Source: Mobula hypostoma
Taxonomy: Eukaryota
NCBI RefSeq assembly: GCF_963921235.1
Contig: NC_086097.1
Location: 87,980,001-88,044,000 of the forward strand
Reading direction: 5' to 3'
DNA: 64,000 nt
Part shown: piece after piece, positions 39,323 to 50,673 of the stretch
How positions within the stretch are numbered: the stretch's first letter is position 1
How the letters are laid out: each line of letters starts with the position of its first letter
Notes under the pieces: model-generated
What the model was told of the DNA's origin: nothing
The model's database searches: none
Seen by the model: only the letters and a program-made list of their open reading frames with translations
Made by a program: the position numbers and the translations under genes

Positions 39323-40249
39323 TATGTCTTGTAATTTGTAAACAAGCTGAAGTGCTAACCAGCTTCACCTGCAGCACCTGGAGACCAGCTGTGACTAATT
39401 CTTTGGTCTAAGCAAAAAAAAAAAAAAATTAATGTTCAGTTTGAGTTAGGTACTCTCATATATAGAAAAGACTTTCACAATAGCAACCCTCCCAACAATC
39501 AATACTGTCTCCTGTGTAAGGAGTGCTTAAAAGCAATGATTCAAGTCAATAGGAAGGGAACCAGCAACTTTAGATTCCAGTCTCTGCAATTACAGGTGAT
39601 GGAAGTTCACTCCAGTCATAACACATTGAATCTTCTGGCTGGGTTTTTGGAGAAATGTGTATTGGGTAGGTGAATGGAAGAGAAGTAAATCTCAAATGAC
39701 AAGGAAACATAACTCTAGGCTGCAAAGTAGTATGTTTAATTGATTTGGAATTTACAGGTGACCAATTAGCAAAACTGAGCAAAATGACAGTTAATGGCTA
39801 GGAAATTATCATGCAATGGCTAAGATATTGTAGAATGGAATATATATGGCGGGACAGTAACTGCATAAAGCCAAAGTCCTTGGCGGCATACTTTCACAAG
39901 TATAAATATGCAGCATAGACCTTATCTCCTGAGAATAAGCCTGGAAGATCAGAGATGTGTCTTCTTGGTCCTATGAGTGAGATTAGGGTGGGCAGGGGAT
40001 ATTGGAGCCAGAATTTTAATGGGATTTGGGAACAGGAGTGAGGACAGATATATTATTGGAAGCAAAGTGAGGTTGGACGGGAGAAATGTAGATGGATTAG
40101 TAATTGATGGATTACTGTGGAGTTGGGAATCAGAGTGGTGTGCTGTTGTAAGGGGAGCTGGAAATTGGATGCTGGAAGATTGTTGTGGAACTGAGATCAG
40201 AGAGGCTGAGAGATTGCCTGCTGGGTGTGGGTACATGTAGAGAACTGAT

Positions 40250-40560
40250 CATTAGAATTGGTGAATTGGTTTACTATTGTCACATGTACCGAGGTATAGT
40301 GAAAAGCTTGTCTTGCATACTGTTCATACAGATTAACTCATTACAGTAGTGCATTGAGATAGTACAAGGTAAAACAATAACAGAGTGCAGAATAATGTGT
40401 TACAGTACCGAGAAAGTGCAGTGTAGGTAGGCAGTAAGATGCACGGTTATGATGAGTTAGATTGTGTGGTCAAGAGTTGAACTTATTATAGTAGGAAATA
40501 TTCAATAGTCCTACAACATCATGATAGATGCTGATTGAGCCTGGTAGTACATGCTTTCAG
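40250..40560 (-). mobile_element. Rex1-like LINE 3' UTR fragment
   Basis: TTTA.TATTGTCACATGTAC...ACAGTGAAAAGC tail type seen on other LINE 3' ends in the window. Confidence 0.55.
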
Positions 40561-42431
40561 GTTTTCTCTATTGTTTATTCCATTCGGTTGCTGCACAGAG
40601 AATTTCAAACCATCTGCAGAGATTGGTTCTGGAATCTGAGGCACAAACAGGAGGGTTGGGGTGGTTCTGTTTTAATACTGAAGTCAAAGCCTAGGGAAGT
40701 ATTATTTGCCAGTTTAAGACCACATTAGCTAGGCAGTGTCCAACAAGAGTTTTCCCTAGGCAAAGTGATTCAATGTTCTCTAAAAATGCTCCAAAAAGAG
40801 TGTTGTGCAAAGAATAGCTTTATCCTTCAAAATCTGGTGCAGAAAGTGTATTTTAACTGTGACATTAGCTAAATTTTCTGAGTGATGCAAAAGGATTTTT
40901 CAATTACATGATGCCGAAAACAAGCAACATTATGCAGTTGAATTTCCAGTCAATTATGTGGAGTGAGAACTGATGATATTGGCTTATACACCTTATAACA
41001 CTGGAAGGACTGAAAAGGTTTGGGATTCCAAATAATAAATTCATAGACTTTAACCCAGTCTATATTAAATCAAACCTTTCATATTCTTAAAATAAGGTCC
41101 TGATGTCTTTGGTACATTGCAAGAAAGACCTTAACATTTAAAATTTTTCAAAGTTTTCTACCATCTACCATAATATTCAATTTATGTGTTTTATTTCAGA
41201 GACCCACCACTTGCTGTAACATTATCTTAGATAGCTAGCATCCATAGTGGGCTTATTTCAGAGCTTTGCTTCCTACAGCTTCAAATCATGAAAGCCAAAA
41301 TTATGAGGAATAATTAGAGTTATGTTCATGCCATAGAAGATCCAAAGCTTTCTTTTTATTCCTGGAGGAAATTTCCCAGCGGATGAAGATGTTGCCGTGG
41401 ACACTATGTGACTTATTGAGTACAATGAAACCATAACTTAAGTATTCATGATAGTGCCAAAGTGCACTCTTGGCAATCCCATTTCATCAATATTTATCTA
41501 CATTGACATCTTACAGGCAAAATTATGAAAAAAATCAGAGAATTCAGCAAGGAACCCAAAGGCATCATGATAGACTCATCATGAATATATTATAATAGTT
41601 TTGATAAGATCCACTAATGATCAAGTTACTTTGCAGGTGTAACATAAGTTTGCTAATTATGAAAGAACAACTTTCATTTAACGTAATTTTTAAAAGAACT
41701 AACAAAGAAGATGGTTGGCAAACTGCAAAATTAGCTCTTGAATCCTAAACACAGAGAATTGGGCAGCAATTACTGGGAATGGTTAGGCAGAACATTCAAC
41801 CCAACTTTTAAATGACAAGAATGTTTTAGTGACTCATAATTCCACACAGACCAGAACTAAACAGTGTTAAGGCCTGGTATGTTCTTCGATGTTTCTTCCC
41901 ATCTGTTGCTTGGCAATGAGCCTCCTCCCAATCTCCTTTCAACCTTATTAATCTTCTGTCCTGTTTGGATTCAGTCCTCTGTAGACAAACTGATATATTT
42001 CACCTTCTTTGATTCTCTTTTCCCTCCAATGACTTATTAGCCTTCTAGCCTTGGCCACATTCCTCATCTCATGACCCTAGATCTTGGACAAGTCCTGTCC
42101 TCCTGAATAGCTTTGGCCGCATGATGACTCAACCAATAGGAGTTAAGGAGAGTGAAATAGAAAATTAGAAAAACATTGGCAAGAAGGTTAGGAAACTAAA
42201 AGAAAGAGATGAGACCAGCAAGTGAAGAGAAGGTGAAGAAAAAGAAAAATGGCCAAAAGTGGTAAGAGGAAGAATTTTTCAACTCTGGCTTAGCTCCATG
42301 GAAATTCACACAAAATACATGCATTTATTTACGCAAACACGAGGAATTCTGCAGATGCTGGAAATTCAAGCAACACACATCAAAGTTGCTGGTGAACGCA
42401 GCAGGCCAGGCAGCATCTCCAGGAGGAGGTA

Positions 42432-42469
42432 CAGTCAACGTTTCAGGCTGAGACCCTTCGTCAGGACTA
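42432..42469 (-). ncRNA. Minimal type-I hammerhead ribozyme (PLE type)
   Basis: TAGTC-CTGACGA-AGGGTCTCAGCCT-GAAAC-GTT-GACTG; GUU cleavage triplet. Confidence 0.7.
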
Positions 42470-43084
42470 ACTGAAGGAAGAGCTAATAAGAGATTTGGAA
42501 GTGGGAGGGGGAGGGGGAGATCCAAAATGATAGGAGAAGACAGGAGGGGGAGTGATGGAGTCAAGAGCTGGACAGGTGATTGGCAAAAGGGATATGAGAG
42601 GATCATGGGACGGGAGAAGGAAAGGGGGGGGGACCCAGAAGATGGGCAAGGGGTATAGTCAGAGGGACAGAGGGACAGAGGGAGAAAAAGGAGAGAGAGA
42701 GAAAGAATGTGTGTATATAAATAAATAATGGATGGGATGGGGCTCCAGCCTGATGGCATGAACATTGACTTCTCTTAACTTCCGCTAATGCCCCACCTCC
42801 CCCCATACCCCATCCGTTATTTATTTATATACACACATTCTTTCTCTCACTCTCCTTTTTCTCCCTCTGTCCCCCTCACTACACCCCTTGCCCATCCTCG
42901 GGTTTTTCCCCCTTCCCCCTTTTCCTTCTCCCTGGGCCCCCTGTCCCATGATCCTCTCATATCCCTTTTGCCAATCACCTGTCCAGCTCTTGGCTCCATC
43001 TCTCTCCTTCCTGTCTTCTCCTATCATTTTGGATCTCCCCCTCCACCTCCCACTTTCATATCTCTTACTAGCTCTTCCTTCAGT

Positions 43085-43122
43085 TAGTCCTGATGAAGGG
43101 TCTCAGCCTGAAACGTCGACTG
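43085..43122 (+). ncRNA. Minimal type-I hammerhead ribozyme (PLE type)
   Basis: TAGTC-CTGATGA(43090-43096)-AGGGTCTCAGCCT-GAAA(43110-43113)C-GTC-GACTG; predicted cut after 43117. Confidence 0.78.
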
Positions 43123-43779
43123 TACCTCTTCCTAGAGATGCTGCCTGGCCTGCTGCATTCACCAGCAACTTTGATGTGTGTTGTATGTCCATTTATTTAT
43201 TTGATTTCATCTATATTTCTCTAAGTTATGCCTACCATTTTCTGCCCACTCTATGATCTGCAGGTACATTCCAAAGTAATACAAAGTAATGTCATTTAAC
43301 ACCAATGTGGCAATTGATATATTAACTGGAGAGACAACAGTAGTTGTCTTCCTTCTGTACATCAAGCCGCGCCATCCTGTTAGGAATTTTCTAGTGAATT
43401 GCAACATAATTGGTAAAATATATAAACAAAACCTAACTCCAGGGCTTTCGGTGAGCCTTCATAAGTGTTCACTGTTCTTGCTGCTCAGTTTTTGGTCTCG
43501 GATATTGGAGTGATCCAAAATATACCCACAGTGGAGGATGACTGATTAATTCTTGAGCGGCAATGTTGCATTGAATTGAGTAACTCTGCCTTAAAAGTAA
43601 TAGTGTAAATTGAAAGTGCTTGTGGATATGTGGGACAAGACTCTAGATGAGTGTATTTTTATTGTGATGGATGGACAACATGAGGATCTTTAGCTGACTG
43701 CATCCACTTAAGTCTGAGTAAATTGACATGGTACATGAGACCAAAGCCAGAAGTGAACATTCTCTGCAACTACTTCATA

Positions 43780-44690
43780 ATCAGCTTATAGGAGGGAGAT
43801 TGAAAATCTGACCAAGTGTTGTCACAACAACAACTTCTCACTCAATGTCAGCAAGACCAAGGAGTTGAAACTGGAGGTCCGTGAGTCAGACATCAACCGG
43901 GAATCAGAGGTGGAGAGAGTCAGTAACTTCAAATTCCTCAATGTTATAATCTCAGAAGATCTGTCCTAGGCTCAGCACTTAAGTGTCATTATAAAGACAT
44001 CACAGCAGCACCTCTACTTCCTTAGTATTTTGTGACGATTTGGCATGACAGCTAAAAGTTTGACAAACTTCTGTAGATGAGTAGTGGAGAGTATATTGAC
44101 TGACTCTGCATCACAGGCTGGTACAGAAACCCCAATCTCCTTGAATGGAAAATCCTACAAAGAGTAATTGATACAGCCCAGTCCATCGTGGGTAAAGCCC
44201 TCCCCATGATTGAGCACATGTGCATGGAGAGCTTTTGCAGGAAAGCAGCATCCATCATCAAGGACCCCCATAACCTGATGATGCTCTCTTCACGCTGCTG
44301 TCATCAGGAAGGAGGTACAGGAACATCAAGATTCACACCACCAGGTTCAGGAACAATTATTACGCCTCAACCATCAGGCTCTTGAACTGGAGGGGATAAC
44401 GTATCTCACCCCATCACTGAACTGTTCCCACAACCAGTGGACTCACTTTCAGGGACTCTTCATCTCGTGTTATTGGTATTTATTTATTATTATTTTTTGT
44501 TCTTTTCCTTTGTATTTGCACAGTTTATTGTCTTTTGCACATTGATTGTTGCCTGTCCTGCTGAGTGTGGTCTTGCACTGATTCGATTGTGTTCCTTGGA
44601 TTTACTGGATATGCTCGCAAGAAACCAAATCTCAGAATTGTATATGGTGACATATACGCACTTTAATTATAAATTTACCAATTACAAAAT
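43780..44690 (+). mobile_element. Rex1-like LINE 3' fragment
   Basis: LNVSKTKEL, NFKFL, RKAASIIKDPH, SGRRYR motifs. Confidence 0.85.
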
Positions 44691-45493
44691 CATAGATTAA
44701 TTTGACTTTCTTCTATTTTTTTACTCCTTGAAAATCAGCCTGCGCTAGATGTGGTGGCATCATTATTACTTCTTCATCTAGAAGTATGTAAAACTGAAGC
44801 TAATTATCTTAAAGTAACATAAAACTTCCACTTTGCATTTTATTGATTTATTAGAAGTTTTTTTCTCCCACCTACTTCATTAAACGTTCAACAGAAGTAG
44901 CTGAAAACACATGGATTCGAGGTTAATTGGCAGAGCTGAGTTTCATAACAAGATAGAGTGAGGGAAGTGTGTGCTATGGGGACTTCATCGGCCCATGTGG
45001 ACAATTACAGTTAAATACCTAAGGGTGATGACACAACATCTGAGATTGGAGCAGAAGTGCATGAATTCCAGAACAAATTTCAAAGATGCCATTTAATGAA
45101 TATATAGTTCTGTGTATTAGCTCACTGGCTGGCATTTTTGTCTGATTATCCACATACGGTCTCATTATGGTCAGAAGAGGAGGTTACATAAAAGCTGGTC
45201 TTTAAGCCAAGGATGAGCCTAGGAGAGGTCTGTTAGGCCCCTGAGTGCCAAGACGTGAGTGGAAATTGGTCCAGATCCAAGGTGGAAGAGGAATATCTTC
45301 TACCTTGATGAATGGAAAATTAATAATGATGTACATGATATTCTCCTGATATACAATATGAATAATGTATCCTAGCAACTAGGTCCTGCTGTGACCTCCT
45401 ATGAGGTAGAGATAATGAACCACTGTCAAACATGACATAGACTTTTACATAATCATAGTGAAATCTTAAGGTTTGTTAAAATAGTTATAGCCA

Positions 45494-46047
45494 GGGGCGG
45501 TAGTGGGGATAAACTCCCACTACCTATTAAATAGTCCCAGTGGCATGCATCTCAGATAGCTCCTGACAACGAAGTCCAGCTCCTGGTCCTCAGGTGTGTC
45601 TTAGCTACTAAGCCTGGTGGAGACGTTTCTACTGACAGAAGAAGCATGTCAGATTATTGGAACCTTAAACCAGTTGCTTCGGGCAGTTGGGGCTCATCAG
45701 CCGCGGGTGGCAGCTCATGTAGGAGGAAAATGGCTCTGACCTCAAACTTCTGCTGTCTTGTGGCTATACCCACGCATGGGGAAGACTTCAGGAGTAAACC
45801 CTGATGAAAAATCCAGAGCTGGATTTCCTAAGGCAGTCTTATGTTGAGTTCAACGCTGACGGGCAGCTCCTGGTGCCAAAGTGTATCGGTCTCTGCCGTT
45901 CCTTTGAATTCATCAGCCGCATGGAGAGGGGGAGCCTGTTACATGGGGGTCAGCTTACTCTCCATATCGTACTGCCCTAGCTTGCATATCACATAGACAG
46001 CTGCAAAGCACCATCCATTGTTGACCCCAACCAATGGAAGGCCTCAC
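45494..46047 (+). mobile_element. Non-coding non-autonomous LINE derivative (Vingi/Ingi- or RTE-type 5' UTR plus tail)
   Basis: GGGG start, 9-bp 5' hairpin, GGCAGCTCAT.TAGGAG.AAAA..CTCTGA motif; 3' ~180 nt homologous to 32377-32550. Family name from recall. Confidence 0.65.
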
Positions 46048-46899
46048 TCTCTGAAGAGAATATTTCAAAAGACAGAAGGATTTATTATGAGAATTATAAC
46101 ATGTCAGATCTTAAAGCTTGGTACAAACGGAATTATTTGGACGTATGAACTCTTAATTAGTTTAGTAATGCGTGTTGAGTTTGAAACATTGAAGAGAGTT
46201 AATTTTTTTTGTTCTCTGTATGCAGATATACTGACACACTTAGAGCTGATGTAAAAACAACACTATTTTTGTTGACAGCTGTATAATGCAATTCTACGTA
46301 ATGTTATGAGAATACTAAAATTATTCTTTAGTTCCTATAGAAATATAGTATCTCCCACATTATTACTGCTGTGTCGCAGCAGGTAATGTTTATAAATTAA
46401 ATATGAAAGGCTGCATTTTATTGAAAAACATAAGCATGAGCCTCCTACGTTACTTACACAGAACAAGTTCTTGTTAAATCAGTGTCTCATTACCCTTCAG
46501 ATTCAGATTTATTCATCACACATGCATCAAAACATACAGTGAAATGCATCATTTGCATTAGTAACCAATGCACCTAAGTGAGTAGTCCATAAGAGTCGCC
46601 ACACATTTCTGGGCCAACAACGCTACGTTGTGATTTGTGATACCTTGCCTATCAACATTGAAGACATCAAGGGGATGTGAACTTAAAAATCACACACAAT
46701 AGAAACAAAATTCTTAAAAATTAAAGTATAATCTTAATGAGTTTGCGAGAGTTAAAGAGTAGAAAAGCGATGTTAATTTTATATTTGACCCTGTTACTGG
46801 ATTAGAAGGCTGGACTGCCTTTTCGAGATGATTCCAAATCCCACCACAGCAGCTGAGACTTCTAGTTCAATAGATTGTGGAGTAGAACATACGCTGATA

Positions 46900-47170
46900 C
46901 AGGTTGAGTACCCCTTATCTGAAATGTTTGGGGCTGGAGGTTTTTCAGATTTTGAAATTTTTTGGATTTTGGAATCTACAGTACGGTGCTTGAGATCGCC
47001 ATCACTTCCGACTCTGAATTTATGTGCTACCAGTAAGCCGTCTTCATCTTACACCTGTTCAACACACATGCATACTTAACAGTAAAAATGATTTACATAC
47101 CATTAATATAATGAAAATGTAATATGTGCTGGGTAAAAAAGCAGCATCACAGCTTCGGGAGAGTACATGA
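46900..47170 (+). mobile_element. Tigger4/Zombi (MER46-like) left-end fragment
   Basis: TA|CAGGTTGAGTACCCCTTATCTGAAATG...GATTTT repeats. Confidence 0.7.
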
Positions 47171-49270
47171 ATCAGCTGGGATACTCAGCATGGCTTTGTG
47201 CGAGATAGGTCATCTAGAGTTTTTCAAGGTAGTAACCAAGAATGTTGATGAATGCAAGACAGTGGATGTTGTCAACATGGACTTTAGCAAGGCCTTTGAC
47301 AAGGTCCTGAATGGGAGTCTGGTCAAGAAGATACAGTCGCTTGGCATTCAGGGTGAGCTAGTGAATTGGATTAGACATTTGCTTTGCAGAAGAAGCCAGA
47401 GAGGTAGTAGATGGTTATTTCTCTGACTGGAGCTACAGGGATTGGTGTTGGGTCCATTATTGTTTCTCATGTGTATTAAGGATCTGGATGATAATGCAGT
47501 AAACTAGATCAAAAAATGTGCGGATGGCTCCAAGATTGGGGGTGTGATAGCCAGCAAGGAAGACTGCCAGAGCTTGCAGCAGGATCAGGACTAGCTGGAA
47601 AAATGGGCTGAAATATGGCAGATGGAATTTCATGAAGACAAGTGCAAGGTGTTGCATTTTGGGAGGACAAACCAGGGTAGGTTTTACACGGTGAGTGATA
47701 GGGCACTGAGGAGTGCAGTAGAGCACAGAGATTTGGAAATACAGATCCATAATTCCTTGAAAGTGGTATCACATGTAGATAGGGTCATCATAAACAGAGC
47801 TGTTCGCGCATTGGACTTCATAAAACAAAGCGCTGAGTACAGAAGTTGGAATGTTATATTGAAGTTGTATAAGATATTGGTGAGACTTAATTTGGAGTAC
47901 TGTGTGCAGTTCTGGTCACCTACCTACAGAAGATATCAATAAGATTGAAAGAGTGCAGATAAAATTTACAAGGATGTTGACAGGATCTGAGGGTATGAGT
48001 AACAGGGAATGGTGGAATGAGTTAGGACTTTATTCTCTAGAGCGCAGGAGAGTGAGGGGAGATTTGATAGAGGTATACAAAATTATGTGGGGTGTGGGGT
48101 AAATGCAAGCAGGCTTTTTCCACTGAGGTTGAGTGAGAAATAGAGGTCATTGGTTAGGTATGAAAGGTGGAATATTTAAGGAGAACATGAGGGGGAACTT
48201 CTTCATTCAGAGGGTGATGAGAGTGTGGGATGAGCTGCCACTGCAGGTGGAGGATGCGATTTCAATTTCAATGTTTATTAGAAGATTGGATAGGTACATG
48301 GATGGAAGCGGTATGGAGGGCTATGGTCCGTGTGCAGGGACTATATAGAATCAATGATTTGGCATGGACTAGATGGGCCAAAGGGCCTGTTCCTCTGATG
48401 TTGTGCTCTATGAATCTAGGTGATTAAGAAGCCACATGGAATACTGATCTTCATTAGCCAAGCAGAGATTATAAAAGCCCAGAGTTTATGGTGCAACTTT
48501 ACAAAACAGTGGCTAGAACACAGCTGGAGTACCACCTTAAGAAGGATTATACTGGAGAAGCTGCAGAGAAATTGTTCCAAGATATTTCCTGGTATGGGGC
48601 ATCTCAGTTGTGATGAGAAACTGGATTGACTGGGTTCGATTTCCTTGGAGTGGAGGAGGCTGAGGGAGAGTTGACAGACTTATACAAAATTTATGTGGGT
48701 ATATAGTTAGAAACTTGGCTTTTCAGTTTTAGATACCTCATCTGTGGGGTAAGAGACATGCTCTCTCCTCATGAGTGCCATCAAAGAAGAGGAACAGGAA
48801 TCTAAAGGCACACAGTCAATGTTTTAGTAACAGCTTCTTCCCCTCCACCATCAGATTTCTGAATGGTCCATAAACCCATGAAGACTACCTCACTGTTTTG
48901 CTTGCTTTTTGCACAATTTATTTTTTATATTTCTTATTGTAATTTGTAGTAGTTTTTAATATATTCCACTGTACTTCCAAAAAATAACAAATTTTATGTC
49001 ATTTGCTAATGATAATAAAACTGATTCCAATTGTGAAGAGGTTTAAAGGGGATCAGGGGATCAGGGGATCTGAGAGAACAAGTTTTCACTCGCATATGGG
49101 AGGAGGCGATGGAGGCAAGTTCTCTCACAACCTTACATATCTCAGCAAGCATTTAAATTGCCACGGTATAGAAGGCCAAACCATCAAGTGCTAGCAAATG
49201 GGATTAGTAGGGATAGGTACTTGATGGTTGGCATGAAATAATGAGGAGGCCATCAAAGACTTGTTTTGGA
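47170..49270 (+). mobile_element. CR1 LINE fragments (two copies) plus a Rex1 3' piece at ~48.78-49.03 kb
   Basis: MDFSKAFDKV, KCKVLHFGR, LVRLNLEYCVQFWSP, RGDLIEVYKI, FFIQRV. Confidence 0.88.
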
Positions 49271-50033
49271 GTTAGAACATAAGACCATAAGACATAGAAA
49301 TGAGGCTATTCAACCCATTGAGTTTGCTTCACCATTTGATCATGGCTAATTTATTTTCCCTCTCAATCCCATTCTCCTGCCTTCTGCCTGTAACCTTTAA
49401 TGCCCTTACTAATCAAGAATCGTTCACCTCTGCTTTAACTATGACTTGGCCTGCACAGCCTTATCTGCGGCAATTAATTCCACAGATTCACTACCCTCTG
49501 GCTAAAGAAATTCCTGCTCATCTCTGTCCTAGAGGGATGTCTTTCTTTCCACAGTCTGTGCCCTCTGTTCCTAGACTCTTCCACAGCAGGAAACACCCTC
49601 TCCACATCCACCCTATCTAGGTATTTCAATATTCAGTCGGGTTTATTGAGGTCCCCCTTCATTCTTCTAAGCTCTATCTAGTACAAGCCTAGAGCCACCA
49701 AACAGTCCTCATACATTAGCCCTTTCATTCCAAGGATCATTCTCATAAGCCGATTCCAGAAACTTTACAATGTCAGTGTATCCTTTCTTAGATATGGGGC
49801 CTAATACTGATCACAATACTCCAAATGTGGACTGACTAATGCCTTATAAAACCTTAGCTCTACATCCCTTCTTTTATATTCCAGTCCTCTTAAGTGAATA
49901 CTAACATTGCATTTGCCTTCCATATTACCGACTCAATCTGCAAGTTAACCTTTAGGGAATCCTGCACTAGTACTCCCAAGTCCCTTTACATCTCTGATTT
50001 CTAAATTCAGTTCCCGATTAGAAAATAGCCTAC

Positions 50034-50673
50034 GTAGACTGGGAGACCATTTCGCTGAACATCTACGCTCTGTCTGCCAGAGAAAGCAGGATCTCCCAGT
50101 GGCCACAGATTTTAATTCCATGTCCCATACCCATTCTGATATGTCTATCCATGCCCTCCTCTACTATCAAGATGAAGCCACAGTCAGGTTGGAGGAACAA
50201 CACCTTATATTCTGTCTGGGTAGCCTCCAACCTGATGGCATAAACATTGACTTCTTTAACTCTCGTTAATGCCCCTCCTCCCCTTCGTACCCCATCCCTT
50301 ATTTATTTATTTATTTTTTATTTCCCCCTTTATTTCTCCCTCTCTTTTTTCTCCCTCTGTCCCTCTCACTATATCTTCCTCTGGTGCTTCCCTCCCCCTT
50401 TCTTTCTCCCTAGGCCTCCTGTCCCATGATCCTCTCCCTTCTCCAGCCTTGTATCCCTTTTGCCAATTAACTTTCCAGCTCTTAGCTCCATCCCTCCCCC
50501 TCCTGTCTTCTCCTATCATTTCAGATCTCCCCCTCCCCCTCCCACTTTCAAATCTCTTACTATCTCTTCTTCCTGTTAGTCCTGACGAAGGGTCTAGGCC
50601 CGAAACGTCGACTGTACCTCTTCCTATAGATCCTGCCTGGCCTGCTGCGTTCCACCAGAATTTTGTGTGTGTT
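50034..50673 (+). mobile_element. 5'-truncated Penelope-like element (GIY-YIG C-terminus plus pLTR)
   Basis: RLGDHFAEHLRSVC...LEEQHLIFCLGSLQPDGINIDF; TSD GCCTAC (50028-50033 / 50674-50679). Confidence 0.92.
50577..50614 (+). ncRNA. Minimal type-I hammerhead ribozyme, best-preserved copy
   Basis: TAGTC-CTGACGA-A-GGGT(CTAG)GCCC-GAAAC-GTC-GACTG; predicted cut after 50609. Confidence 0.8.

Larger units (their letters stand above)
42332..43183. mobile_element. Penelope-like element with inverted pLTRs (fold-back)
   Basis: Arms ~42371-42742 and ~42808-43183 are reverse complements; spacer encodes GIY-YIG C-terminus LQPDGMNIDFS; TSD CATTTATTTA (42322-42331 / 43190-43199). Confidence 0.93.

Noticed and set aside
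41200..41230. Acceptor followed by DPPLAVTL, resembling an EYA-domain peptide
   Set aside because: Stop codon follows almost immediately, with none of the expected downstream residues; chance match
42325..43256. Overlapping 99-146 aa ORFs with similar peptides on both strands
   Set aside because: Artefact of the low-complexity inverted pLTR arms
45801..45835. CTGATGA followed by a stem, possible hammerhead
   Set aside because: No GAAA or cleavage triplet with helix I after the stem
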